Assembly: GCF_900167395.1 (NCBI RefSeq) | Contig: NZ_FUWK01000049.1 | Span: 1 to 16,226 of the forward strand | DNA length: 16,226 nucleotides | From: Nitrosomonas europaea | Lineage (GTDB): Bacteria; Pseudomonadota; Gammaproteobacteria; Burkholderiales; Nitrosomonadaceae | Direction of reading: 5' to 3' | Shown: positions 1-8,959 of the stretch, in pieces | Position numbering within the stretch: position 1 is the stretch's first letter | How the letters are laid out: every line of letters begins with the position of its first letter | The notes under the pieces: model-generated | What the model saw: only the letters and a program-made list of their open reading frames with translations | What the model was told of the DNA's origin: nothing | Database searches by the model: none | Translations under genes and position numbers: made by a program

Positions 1-263
1 TGATCCACTTCCAGCTGTATCAGCTTGTTTTGCTGAAGCGCGAGGAAAACCCGATCCAGGACGCCATTCCTGGCCCAACGGTTGGCGCGCGTGTAAATGC
101 TGTGCCAATTGCCGAATTTCACAGGCAGACCACGCCACTTACAGCCGTGCTCTGCAACATACAGAATCGCGTTGAGCACTTCCAAATTCGAAAGTGTGAC
201 GTTACCCCGTTGTATCGGCAGTAGATTTTCAATAAGCTTGAATTGCGATGCGGATATTTCCAT
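1..263 (-). CDS. IS5-family transposase, N-terminal portion only (gene continues beyond window start)
   Basis: The reverse complement of 1-263 starts at ATG (complement of 261-263). It reads MEISASQFKLIENLLPIQRGNVTLSNLEVLNAILYVAEHGCKWRGLPVKFGNWHSIYTRANRWARNGVLDRVFLALQQNKLIQLEVD with no stop before the window edge. The L-N-x-I-L-Y-V-x-x-x-G-C-x-W-R-x-L-P / FG-x-W-x-x-x-Y-x-R-x-x-R-W block is the typical N-terminal (DUF4096-type) region of IS5-family transposases. The ORF is missing from the supplied track because it has no stop in the window. The listed +ORF 30-224 is its antisense shadow. Confidence 0.8.
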   Translation of the reverse strand, partial: MEISASQFKLIENLLPIQRGNVTLSNLEVLNAILYVAEHGCKWRGLPVKFGNWHSIYTRANRWARNGVLDRVFLALQQNKLIQLEVD

Positions 264-300
264 TCGGTAATTTTAATACAAATAGTGTTAACAGACCCTG
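1..300 (-). mobile_element. Left end of an IS5-family insertion sequence (partial; terminus estimated near 298-300)
   Basis: The transposase start is at 263, and a short untranslated leader (264-~300) lies upstream of it, as is usual between an IS terminal repeat and the transposase ATG. The exact terminus cannot be fixed because the other end of the element is outside the window. Confidence 0.5.
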
Positions 301-446
301 GTTTAAGTAAAGATCCGCCCCTCAGCTAACCAGCGCCTTGAATACATAGAAAAATTACCGTAATTCGTAGCTGGCACTGCAAGCACAATAAAGAAATCGG
401 TGCCTCTGCTTTTGCAAGGATTTATTCTTTACTACATGTCTGTCAA

Positions 447-3229
447 TTGCTCTCTGTCATTAAGGCAATTACTCTAAAGCGGGTATTCGCTGAGGTCAGT
501 CGATTCTTTTTTAACGGCTATAACGGCTACTTGTTTACATCCAAAAGTGTAGCCGTATCCACGATAGCACCGGTTCGCATAACCATATTTGCTGCCGTAG
601 TAATGGCATTGAACTTTGCGCTTGTAGATGCAGTGATAGCTGGAAGTTGTTCAGGAGATGATTCCTGGTACTAATGAATGGGATTGCTTCGGTGCGGCTG
701 ACTCAGTGAATGATACGTACAAGCCTTTATCTGCCGTTACGAATCCCGTATCGGTAACACTGGATAGCACCTTTGAGCTGGATACGACGAGATTTTCGAC
801 AACACCTAATGGCTGGGGAATCCGGATTACTGGAAATGGTGTAGGCAACGGCATCATCATAAGCAGCGAGGCTGGAAGTATTGTCACGGCTGGTTATGAG
901 GCTGTCACCGTTGCTACTAGCAATAGCAGTTTGGTTCTTAACTGGGCCAGGAGTGTTGCCGCAAACGTCAGGGATGGGTTCAATCTCAATACCGAAGATA
1001 CCGGAGGGGCAATTCTCAGTGTCAGGATATCGTCGTCACGGGCGACATCACAGCTGGAAGAATCGGCATATTGGCGCGCAATCTTGGACGTGGCGTGCAG
1101 GAGGTCATACTTGGAAACATCTTGGCTGGAACCACTGGTACCTTAATCCGCAATGACGGTAGCAATCAGTTGGTCGTAGTTAATGGCAATATCCAGGCAG
1201 GCGAGTACGGTTTGCTGATGATGCACGGCGTGGATAATCTCGGTAATGAAACTACCGGTGGCAGCGGAACGACACTCCTATTAATTAACGGCGATGTAAC
1301 GACTTCCAACCCAGCCGCTGAGGCAGTCAAATTGCGTGCCGGGCTTGGTACAACCGATATGGATGTAACTATTGCCGATGATGTTAATGGCGATTTTGGT
1401 GCAGTCTATATCGAGAACCGTGGCAGTGGCAGCACGCTGGGCGAGTTTACAGGTCATTTGCAAAGCCAGAATGGCGATGCGCTGAAAGTGATCAGCGGTG
1501 CCCAAGGAACTAGTCTGGATATAGAAGTGGCGAACACCACAGGTGGTAATTATGGTGTATCGCTGACGAATAATGGTACGGGTCCGACTTCACTCACGGT
1601 GCTGTCAGGAGGTGTCGTTCAGGGTAGTGTGGCAGGGATTAGCACTTCTCATACAAGCGCCGCCCCATTCACCATAACAATCAATGGCGAAGTCCGCAAT
1701 ATAAGCGGCCTTGCTTCTGATCTTGCAATCGAGGCAATCAGTATCGGTAGCGGCCTTACTTTGCAGAACAATAGCAATACCATCATCGGTGCTGTCAACC
1801 TGACAGATGCGGATGATACCTTCAACAACGTAGGCTCCTGGTTTACGGAGAACGGAACTTCAAATTTTGGCGGTGGTAATGATCAATTTAACAATCTGGG
1901 CCTTATCCGCGCAGCAAATAATCCGTCCTACATCGAACTGGCTTTTTTCAATAATCTCGAACAATTCAATAACAGCGGCATAATCACCTTGGCTGATGGT
2001 GCGGTAGGTGACATGCTTACCACTTCGGGGAATTATTCTGGCAACGGCGGCACGTTGCTTTTGGATACGGTACTGGGTGGTGACGATCCCACTACAGACC
2101 GTTTGGTGATTGAGGGTGATGCCTCTGGTACGACGGGCATCCTGATCAATCCTATTGGCGGTACCCAGGGATTAACCACAACCGGCATTCGGGTTGTCGA
2201 TGTCAGAGGCATATCCACGAATAATGCGTTTTCGCTAGCCAATAGCAGCCCTCTCGAAAGCGGGGCCTTTGTCTACGATCTAAATTTCGGCACCTGCGAC
2301 GGGACTGTCAATAACAGTTGGTATCTGTGCAATACGGAACAGATCGGATCTATCGATACTACTTATGAGAATGCCACATTGGTATATCTGGGTACATTTA
2401 CTTCATTTGCCACGCTGGAACAGCGTGTGAGTCAGCGCCAATAGTTGTCATGCGATGTTGATGGCAAGCTGAAAGGCATTTGGATGCGTGTGCGTGGCGA
2501 TAACGCACGTGTAACGCCGGAAGTGGGCCGCGCTAATGCAACTTGGCGTAGCAAGAATTGGGGCATACAAGTAGGTACAGATATCATTGCTGCTGAAAGC
2601 AAGACCAGCTATTGGCTGTTAGGTATCACCGGCCAACACGATAGGGTTATGGTTACAATGGAACGTATCTGGACATGCAGGGCCAGGTAAACTGGACCAG
2701 GACGGACTACTCGACCGATTCACATGGCACGCTCGCAAAAAATCGGCATGGCAGAGCCTACTCATTGAGCGCTGAGATTGGACATCGTGTCGTATTGAAT
2801 AGATGTTACGCTTTAGTGCCGCAGGCGCAACTAAGTTGGGGACAAGTACAAGTAAATAGCTTTACTGACAGTCTGCAAAATGATGTCGAACTGGGCACCA
2901 ATGATCGTACCATTGGCCGTGTCGGTTTGGCTTACGAGGTCTATCTCAGTGACATAATTGCAGACAATCGTGTTAATGATGCACAGAAGATTTACGGAAT
3001 CTTCAATATTCTGCGTGATTTTTCATTCTCAAATAAAGTTGATGTTTCAGGTATGACTCTGAGATCTCACGGTGAACGAATATGAGGCGAGTTAGGAGTT
3101 GGCGGTTCAATCTCTCTGAACAAAGTTACGGCGCTATATGGGGAAGCTTCTTATCGCGCTTCGCTTGATGGGGGCACATCAGACAATCATGGTTTCTGGG
3201 CAAGTGCAGGGTTACGCTTCTTGTGGTAA
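447..3229 (+). pseudogene. Autotransporter (type Va secretion) outer-membrane protein, disrupted by at least 2 frameshifts and 2 in-frame stops, with the 5' end missing
   Basis: The passenger-like region is G/N/T/S-rich and repetitive (e.g. ...GTLIRNDGSNQLVVVNGNIQAGEYG..., ...GNGGTLLLDTVLGGDDPTTDRLVIEGDASGTTGILINPIGGTQGLTTTGIRVVDVRG...). It is followed by a beta-barrel translocator-like region (GIWMRVRGDN..., WGIQVGTDI..., GRAYSLSAEIGHRV..., LVPQAQLSWGQV..., GRVGLAYEV...). The reading ends in ...GFWASAGLRFLW-TAA (stop 3227-3229), which is a typical aromatic C-terminus. Continuity needs four corrections: a frame change near 1015-1025, read-through of TAG 2442-2444, a frame change near 2637-2650, and read-through of TGA 3083-3085. 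I saw no signal peptide or convincing start upstream. Confidence 0.8.
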
Positions 3230-4162
3230 CTCTCCTCAGCCATGGCTATGTTTTATTTGAGTTATAAAATCTGGTTTACGCAAGGTTTTTCAATGCAAGG
3301 CCTGTCTGCATCAGACCTCATTGATTTGCCGGAACAGTTTTCCAGGGCGCCAAACTGCCGCTGGCCGTCTGGTTCCTGGTAGTTTATCTGGTTAGTCAGG
3401 CCAAGATCGGTTTGTCGTCCCTGGCGTTCAAGTGTCAGTTGGGTGTGAGCTATCTTACAGCATGGTTGATACATCACAAATTGATGCAGGCGATGGCCAA
3501 TCGTGAGGAGTGCTATGGCCTTGATAGTGAAATCCAAGTCGATGATGCTTATCTTGGTGGAGAGCGTGCAGGAGGAAAAACGGGTAGAGGTTCAGAGAAT
3601 AAGGTGACCATTGTTGCCGCTGTGTATCTAATTCAAATTAGAGATAGAAACAGATATTATAAACTCATATAAAATACTGTAAATTAATAATATTATGAAT
3701 ATAATTATTTTTATTTCTATCGAGAATTGGAATAACTGAGGATGATCGCCCTTTGCGCGTGAGACTTACCCCCGGTCTCGGATTTCACACTAAAAGCAAT
3801 TTCGGTCTGGGCAAGGAATCAGCTGGCACCCGGCAGTGCTGTATTCTCAGATGCCTTGGCCTGCTTTGGCGCTGTCACCGAAATTGGCTGCAGCCACCAT
3901 TCAACAGTCATTGCCGGATGAAAGGAGGTTCCCGAGTTCCGCTGGATCAATACTATCCTTGGCAATCTCAAAACCAGCTTGTCGGGTTGTTACCATACCT
4001 TTAACTTCAGCAAAGTATGTTGTTCGCTATCTCGCTGCTTTTTGTTATCGATTCAACCATCGTTTTGATCTTTGCTCGCTGTACGAACGACTACTCATTG
4101 CCGCCGCTTCGGCTACTCCACAACTCTTGCGTTCCATTCGGGCTACTGATGTTCGTTGCTAA
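3230..4162 (+). pseudogene. IS1595-family (ISXO2-like) transposase remnant, 5'-truncated and multiply disrupted
   Basis: Stitched across frames, the sequence reads ...FQCKACLHQTSLI / AGTVFQGAKLPLAVWFLVVYLVSQAKIGLSSLAFKCQLGVSYLTAWLIHHKLMQAM...VDDAYLGGERAGGKTGRGSENKVTIVAAV / [insertion] / EDDRPLRVRLTP / VSGFTLKAISVWARNQLAPGSAVFSDALACFGAVTEIGCSHHSTVIAG*KEVPEFRWINTILGNLKTSLSGCYHTFNFSK / YVVRYLAAFCYRFNHRFDL...ATDVRC*. This matches the conserved IS1595/ISXO2 transposase blocks (zinc-ribbon end, GTxF-x-TKLPL-x-WF, DDAYLGGE, NTxLGNxK, YLxEFxYRFNxRF). The lesions are frameshifts near 3321-3330, 3775-3785 and 4010-4016, an in-frame TGA at 3919-3921, an AT-rich insertion at 3628-3736, and loss of the N-terminus. 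Confidence 0.8.
3628..3736. mobile_element. MITE-like AT-rich insertion with imperfect ~23-bp terminal inverted repeats, inside the IS1595 transposase remnant
   Basis: The left arm is ctaattcaaattagagatagaaa (3628-3650). The right arm is tttctatcgagaattggaataac (3714-3736). Its reverse complement matches the left arm at about 17/23 positions, including a perfect gatagaaa/tttctatc core. The interior is far more AT-rich than the flanks and encodes nothing. The transposase reading (..ENKVTIVAAV | EDDRPLRV..) is interrupted exactly here. Boundaries are good to plus or minus a few nt, and I could not define a target-site duplication. Confidence 0.45.
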
Positions 4163-4220
4163 TCAGGAAGAGAAATGCTCTGGCTGCGAGTATAGTGTGG
4201 TAGACGAAGTAATCCGGCAG

Positions 4221-6173
4221 TCAGCCGGTTAACTGCCGGTAGAGTGCCGGGACGATTTCGATGAGCCGTTCCGGCCGGTTGATGATGGCGTAGCCGCCAC
4301 GACCGAACAGATACGGAAAATAGTCCTTCGCTTCACGATCGATCGTGATACCAAACAGTTTCAATCCCAGTCGCCGGGCTTCCATGACGGCCTGGCGAGT
4401 GTCTTCGATACCGTAACGTCCTTCGTAGTGATCCAGATCGTTCGGTTTGCCATCGCTCAGCAGCAGGAGCAGACGATGGCGTTCCGGCCGCTGCGCAAGC
4501 AACTGGCTGGTATGGCGTAATGCTGCTCCTATCCGGGTATAGTACCCCGGCCGTAAAGCGGCAATTCGTCGCAGTGTGCGGCTGCTGAAAGGGGAATCGA
4601 AATCCTTGATGGTGGTCAGCTTTACAAAATGGCGCTTGCGGGAAGTAAAGGCATGAATCGAGAAAGTATCCCGGCACGCGGCAATTCCCGTCGCCAGGGC
4701 GACCAGTGTTTCTTTCTCGATATCCAGTATGCGCCGATTGTTGATCCAGCTGTCGGTAGACAGAGAGACATCCACCAGAATCATCACCGCCAGATTCCGC
4801 GTCTGCTGCCGTACAGCGAGATACAGTCGATCGGAACCTTTGCCGCTGGCAGTCTGATCAGCACGGGCACGTACCAGTGCATCCAGATCCAGTTCTGCGC
4901 CATCGAGCTGCCGGGGCAGGATTTCCTTGTCGGGGCGGAGTGCTTCGAATTGTCGTCTAACCCGGCGAAACTGCTGCCGGGCGCGGTCATCGGGCTCCCA
5001 TTGTTCTCCGGTTTCACCGGCAATCTGGCACCATATCTGGCAATGGGCGGCATGATACTGCTTGCGTCGATAATCCCATTCCCGATAAGTCAGCTGCGCG
5101 AGCAGACTGGCCGGGTCGGTATCTTCCGGTGATAGATCGAGATCGAATTTCAATACGGTGGAAGCGCTGCGCGGATGAGAGGTGATCGCCAGTTCCTCCA
5201 TCGATTCGGCCGCATTTCTGGCATCCGCTTCATCATCATCTTCTACTGCCCGGTTGACATTTACCATTTCCGACCAGGTGATCAGTTTTTCGAAACGATT
5301 CAGCAGCAGGGGATCATCGCGTTCGCTCTGATCGAATCTTCCGCGTCTGGCTTTTCTGCGGTGTTTGTCTTCCTCCTGGCGGGCAGATCGATCTGCGTGG
5401 TCTGTATTGGTATCTGCAGGCATTGTCTGATGAGCATCTTGCTGCGATGAATTCGGCTGGACTACTCCCCATAACGGTACGGGCAGGAACGGGTGGTACC
5501 CTTTATCCGCCCGCAGATCATTGAAATCGGGTTCGGGTTGCCGGATACGGGCAAGCAGATTCGCTCCTGCCGGATCGATGCACGGCTGCCCGAGCAGTGC
5601 GAGAACAGCTGCTTCCACTGCCTGTTCCTGCGCCGGCAAGGAACGATGCGGGCGCGATTGCAGCACATGGGCACACAGTGTACGGTAGGTTTTTTCCAGT
5701 CCCGGATAGCGTTCACAAACGTGGAGGCTGATCTGATCAGCGTAATGCAGGAAAACGAGATCTGCTTGCAGTGGATCATCCGGGAATGAAGCAGATACGG
5801 ATTCCGGCGCTGAGGCAAAGAAAGCGGCCAGCCAGAAGTAGCATTGCCGATTCAATGATGTTTCCGGAAAGTGACTGATCGAGGCCGGTAACATCAGCCG
5901 TTCCCGATCGAGCATTGCCAGCGGCAGTTTCTCCACATCCCCGCCCAGGCGCTGTTTCAGATTTCTGCGGTGGGGTGTCGTCTGCGGCATTCCGGCAACC
6001 AGTGGCAGGCCATGATGACCTCCCATGCCATGAAAGAACGTGCATAACGCTGTATGAACGCATTCGAGTGAAACAGCCACTGACGGATATTCCGGGTAAC
6101 TGTTTGCGGTCTGCCCGACCAGCCGGTGCCAGAAACGGCCGATTTGCTCTTCCAGTTCCAGCCATTGCCACAT
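4221..6173 (-). CDS. norD: Nitric oxide reductase activation/maturation protein NorD (C-terminal von Willebrand factor A domain)
   Basis: This is a 650-aa ORF placed 5 nt downstream of norQ in the norCBQD order. The C-terminal VWA domain has a MIDAS-type DxSxS motif (LVDVSLSTDS) and the conserved ...LLLLSDGKPND...YGIEDTRQAV.EAR..G...FGITID... blocks typical of NorD/CobT-like proteins. Confidence 0.9.
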   Translation of the reverse strand: MWQWLELEEQIGRFWHRLVGQTANSYPEYPSVAVSLECVHTALCTFFHGMGGHHGLPLVAGMPQTTPHRRNLKQRLGGDVEKLPLAMLDRERLMLPASISHFPETSLNRQCYFWLAAFFASAPESVSASFPDDPLQADLVFLHYADQISLHVCERYPGLEKTYRTLCAHVLQSRPHRSLPAQEQAVEAAVLALLGQPCIDPAGANLLARIRQPEPDFNDLRADKGYHPFLPVPLWGVVQPNSSQQDAHQTMPADTNTDHADRSARQEEDKHRRKARRGRFDQSERDDPLLLNRFEKLITWSEMVNVNRAVEDDDEADARNAAESMEELAITSHPRSASTVLKFDLDLSPEDTDPASLLAQLTYREWDYRRKQYHAAHCQIWCQIAGETGEQWEPDDRARQQFRRVRRQFEALRPDKEILPRQLDGAELDLDALVRARADQTASGKGSDRLYLAVRQQTRNLAVMILVDVSLSTDSWINNRRILDIEKETLVALATGIAACRDTFSIHAFTSRKRHFVKLTTIKDFDSPFSSRTLRRIAALRPGYYTRIGAALRHTSQLLAQRPERHRLLLLLSDGKPNDLDHYEGRYGIEDTRQAVMEARRLGLKLFGITIDREAKDYFPYLFGRGGYAIINRPERLIEIVPALYRQLTG

Positions 6174-6178
6174 GATAC

Positions 6179-6958
6179 TCAGCCGAAAGTAGCATGGATC
6201 AGTTCGAGCAACCCCTGTTGTACTTCCGTTTCGTCACTCAGCGGCTCGACCAGTGCAGCCTGGGCCGCCTGATAGGGATCCAGCCCGGCAGCCATCAGTG
6301 TTGCGCAGTAAACCAGCAGGCGGGTGGAAACACTTTCTTCCAGATCGACATCTTTCAGCAACCGTAATCGGGTGGCCAGATTGACCAGCGCAGTGCAGCG
6401 ATCCCTGGCCAGGCCGCTTTCACTGGCAATGATTTCCAGCTCGATTTCCGGTGGAGGAAAATTGAAGGAGAGTGCGACAAAACGCTGTCGCGTGCTGGGC
6501 TTGAGCGATTTGAGAATGTTCTGGTAGCCGGGATTGTAGGAAACCACCAGCATGAAAGTATCTGGTGCGTGCAGGATTTCATTGGTACGTTCCAGCGGCA
6601 GCATGCGCCGGTCATCGGTCAGTGGATGCAGCACGACCGTTACGTCTTTGCGTGCTTCCACGATTTCGTCCAGATAACAGATACCACCTTCACGGATGGC
6701 ACGGGTCAGCGGCCCGTCCACCCATACCGTTTCTCCTCCCTTGATCAGGAAACGCCCGGTCAGATCAGCAGCGGTAAGGTCATCATGGCAGGAAACGGTA
6801 AACAGCGGTCGTTGCAGCCGGGCGGCCATGTGAGTGACGAAGCGTGTTTTCCCGCAACCGGTCGGCCCTTTCAGCAGCAGCGGCAGCCGGCGCTGCCAGG
6901 CGGTTTCGAACAGCTCGCATTCATTGCCGACCGGTACATAGAAAGGGATCGGCGTCAC
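6179..6958 (-). CDS. norQ: Nitric oxide reductase accessory AAA+ (MoxR-type) ATPase NorQ
   Basis: It contains Walker A GPTGCGKT, Walker B ICYLDEI, and the conserved N-terminal PFY.PVGNE..LFE.AW block. The stop is at 6179-6181. I chose the start GTG at 6956-6958 (V-T-P-I-P-F-Y...), giving 259 aa, which is the usual NorQ size. The track's ATG at 7075 would add 39 R/H/C-rich residues and overlap norB by 68 nt. The stop and frame are secure, but the start is uncertain. Confidence 0.85.
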   Translation of the reverse strand: MTPIPFYVPVGNECELFETAWQRRLPLLLKGPTGCGKTRFVTHMAARLQRPLFTVSCHDDLTAADLTGRFLIKGGETVWVDGPLTRAIREGGICYLDEIVEARKDVTVVLHPLTDDRRMLPLERTNEILHAPDTFMLVVSYNPGYQNILKSLKPSTRQRFVALSFNFPPPEIELEIIASESGLARDRCTALVNLATRLRLLKDVDLEESVSTRLLVYCATLMAAGLDPYQAAQAALVEPLSDETEVQQGLLELIHATFG

Positions 6959-7007
6959 AGGAACATTCCCGGAATGACCGGAAAACCGGGAAGTGTTCGC
7001 GGATGCC

Positions 7008-8354
7008 TCATCTGGCAGCAGGCTGCATGTTCGGTGACGATGACACTTGTTTCGTGGTCGGCCCCAGTGTCGCATACAGATACATCAGTGCTCCTACGAG
7101 AAACGCGACGCCTGCCAGCAACCGCATCCAGTAGAACAGATCCAGCTGCTGCTGAATTTCCATGAACCCCATCCCGACCACCCGCTGCAAATGGGTTTGC
7201 AGTACACCGGCAAAGGTCAGTGTGAAGGTCATGAAAGCCATGGCGGCTGTCATTACCCAGAAACTCCACATGTTCAGAATCTGGTTATACGGCTGCGCAT
7301 TGCGCAACTGGGGCAGTGCGTAGGTAAAGAAAGCCAGATTGAGCATGACATAGGCGCCGTAGAACGCCATGTGTCCGTGGGCGGCAGTGATTTGTGTGCC
7401 GTGGCTGTAAAAATTGACCTGTGAGAAGCTGTGCAGCAGGCCCCATACCCCGGCACCAAAAAAAGCCATGACCGGGCAGCCAAGGCTCCAGAGCATTGCT
7501 GCTTTGTTGGGATGATTGCGCCCGCTGCGGTACACCATGTGAAAGCACCAGAGCACCATGGCGAAGAAGGGCAGTACCTCCAGGACCGAGAATATACTGC
7601 CGATCCACTGCCAGTAACCGGGCGTGCCAATCCAGTAGTAGTGGTGGCCGGTACCCAGCAATCCGCTGAAAAGCGCCAGCCCGACGATGACATACAGCCA
7701 TTTTTCGATCACTTCACGATCCACACCAGTCATTTTGATCAGCAGGAAGGCGAGCATGGATGCCATGATCAGTTCCCATACCCCTTCCACCCAGATATGG
7801 ACTACATACCACCAGTACATTTTGTCGAGGGCAAGATTGCCGGGATTGTAAAAAGCAAACAGGAACATCAGTGCCGCTCCCCACATACCGAGCAGCAGAA
7901 TGGTCGTCACTACTGTTTTACGTCCCTTCAGTACCGTCATGGAGACGTTGTAGAGAAACAGCAGAAATGCGACTACCAGCAATATTTTTATCCATAAAGG
8001 CTGTTCCAGGAATTCCCGGCCTTCGTGTACACCTGCCAGGTAACTCACCACGGCAGCCAGTGCAGCGAAGACGAAGATGAATAACTGCAGCCAGGCAACT
8101 TTGGGGCTGTGGATATCGCGCTCGCTTTCTTCGGGAATCAGGAAATAAGCCGCACCGAAATAGCCCAGTAACAACCATACCAGCAGGGCATTGGTATGGA
8201 TCATTCTGATGATATGGAATGGCAGGCTTTCCGACAGGAAATTGGGCATGGCATACACGCTGCCGGCCAGTACGCCGGCCAGCACCTGAACCATGAATAA
8301 CAGCAGCGCCGCGATGAAATACGGGTAAGCAAGCTTCTGGGTTGAATATTTCAT
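7008..8354 (-). CDS. norB: Nitric oxide reductase large (catalytic, heme b / FeB) subunit NorB, cNOR type
   Basis: This is a 448-aa polytopic membrane protein. It reads MKYSTQKLAYPYFIAALLLF...IRMIHTNALLVWLLLGYFGAAYFLIPEESE..., with later HIWVEG, GTGHHYYW and TAAHGHMAFYGAY histidine blocks characteristic of heme-copper-oxidase-family NorB. An AGGAGA Shine-Dalgarno sits upstream of the ATG, and the gene lies 36 nt downstream of norC. Confidence 0.95.
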   Translation of the reverse strand: MKYSTQKLAYPYFIAALLLFMVQVLAGVLAGSVYAMPNFLSESLPFHIIRMIHTNALLVWLLLGYFGAAYFLIPEESERDIHSPKVAWLQLFIFVFAALAAVVSYLAGVHEGREFLEQPLWIKILLVVAFLLFLYNVSMTVLKGRKTVVTTILLLGMWGAALMFLFAFYNPGNLALDKMYWWYVVHIWVEGVWELIMASMLAFLLIKMTGVDREVIEKWLYVIVGLALFSGLLGTGHHYYWIGTPGYWQWIGSIFSVLEVLPFFAMVLWCFHMVYRSGRNHPNKAAMLWSLGCPVMAFFGAGVWGLLHSFSQVNFYSHGTQITAAHGHMAFYGAYVMLNLAFFTYALPQLRNAQPYNQILNMWSFWVMTAAMAFMTFTLTFAGVLQTHLQRVVGMGFMEIQQQLDLFYWMRLLAGVAFLVGALMYLYATLGPTTKQVSSSPNMQPAAR

Positions 8355-8390
8355 GAATGTTCTCCTTTGGATGGGGGATGTTCAGTGAGA

Positions 8391-8843
8391 TCAGCCTGCT
8401 GTGTTGGGTGGCCATCCTTGCGTATCGATACGGCTCGTCCACTCAAAAAAGTCGATCAGATCATCGAGTTCCTGCTCGCTCAGATTGAACTGAGGCATCT
8501 GGCGCCGTCCGGGTACACGGGTCGGCTGAGCCCGCATCCATGCTTTCAGGCCCATTCTTGCGCCTTCCGCGTGATCGCGCCCGCCATAACGTACCCACAC
8601 ATTCCCCAGCTCCGGTGCGAAATAGGCGCCCTCACCCAGCAGTGAGTGGCAGTTGATGCAGGCATTACGCTCCCACACGTGTTTTCCCCGGGTGACGGAT
8701 TCAGTCAGAGTCGTTTCATCAGTTGAAGTGTTGACGATATACAGATGGGTATGGACAGAGAGCGCAATGAAAAGCACTATAAAGAAAGCCGTTCCCCCGT
8801 AAAAGATATTACGGGCGGCGGATTTGGTAAGTCTTTCGCTCAT
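8391..8843 (-). CDS. norC: Nitric oxide reductase small subunit NorC (membrane-anchored mono-heme cytochrome c)
   Basis: This is a 150-aa ORF with an N-terminal TM anchor (IFYGGTAFFIVLFIALSV), the heme-c motif CINCH within GKHVWERNACINCHSLLGEGAYFAPEL, and the typical NorC C-terminal half. A strong SD (AAGGAGAGAGAG) precedes the ATG. Confidence 0.95.
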   Translation of the reverse strand: MSERLTKSAARNIFYGGTAFFIVLFIALSVHTHLYIVNTSTDETTLTESVTRGKHVWERNACINCHSLLGEGAYFAPELGNVWVRYGGRDHAEGARMGLKAWMRAQPTRVPGRRQMPQFNLSEQELDDLIDFFEWTSRIDTQGWPPNTAG

Positions 8844-8931
8844 TACTCTCTCTCCTTGTTCAGATATTTCAGATAGTTACGGAATACGATCGAAGCCCGG
8901 CACTTCCAGCAGAGCTAGGTGTAGCCGTTTT

Positions 8932-8959
8932 TTTATATTGTTTTTGCATATCTTGTCCG
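8932..8959 (-). promoter_or_regulatory. Candidate sigma70-type promoter for norCBQD (-35 CGGACA, 16-nt spacer, -10 TATAAA on the minus strand)
   Basis: The minus strand reads tCGGACAagatatgcaaaaacaaTATAAAaaaacgg. The -10 is the complement of 8932-8937 and the -35 is the complement of 8954-8959. This is a pattern match only. It sits about 90 nt upstream of the norC ATG and overlaps an imperfect dyad (8948-8985). Confidence 0.2.

Noticed and set aside
30-224. Plus-strand 64-aa ORF at the window start
   Set aside because: It is the antisense shadow of the IS5-family transposase N-terminus, which reads cleanly on the minus strand.
3083-3085. In-frame TGA in the autotransporter barrel as a possible recoded (Sec/Trp) codon
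   Set aside because: The same gene also has a TAG stop and two frameshifts, and no SECIS-like hairpin is evident downstream. Simple decay is the more economical explanation.
3210-3260. Reading ...GYASCGNSPQPWLCFI* in frame 0, overlapping the autotransporter stop, as a possible surviving CxxCG zinc-ribbon of the IS1595 transposase
   Set aside because: The first Cys pair is not in the expected G-F-x-C-P-x-C-G arrangement, and the same bases form a textbook autotransporter C-terminus (GLRFLW*). I treat it as coincidence and leave the remnant's 5' boundary approximate.
6959-7075. A 39-codon N-terminal extension of norQ starting at ATG 7075
   Set aside because: Its composition is R/H/C-rich and looks like an out-of-frame reading of the norB 3' end. 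It overlaps norB by 68 nt and has no similarity to NorQ N-termini. GTG 6958 gives the normal protein length.
4333-8442. Many long ORFs on the opposite strand or in alternate frames inside norD, norQ and norB (e.g. 4629-5132, 5462-5818, 5776-6195, 6569-7165, 7274-7701, 7431-7997, 7918-8442)
   Set aside because: They lie entirely within confidently assigned genes and have biased (R/P/A/G/C-rich) compositions typical of shadow frames in moderately GC-rich coding DNA. None has a recognisable motif.
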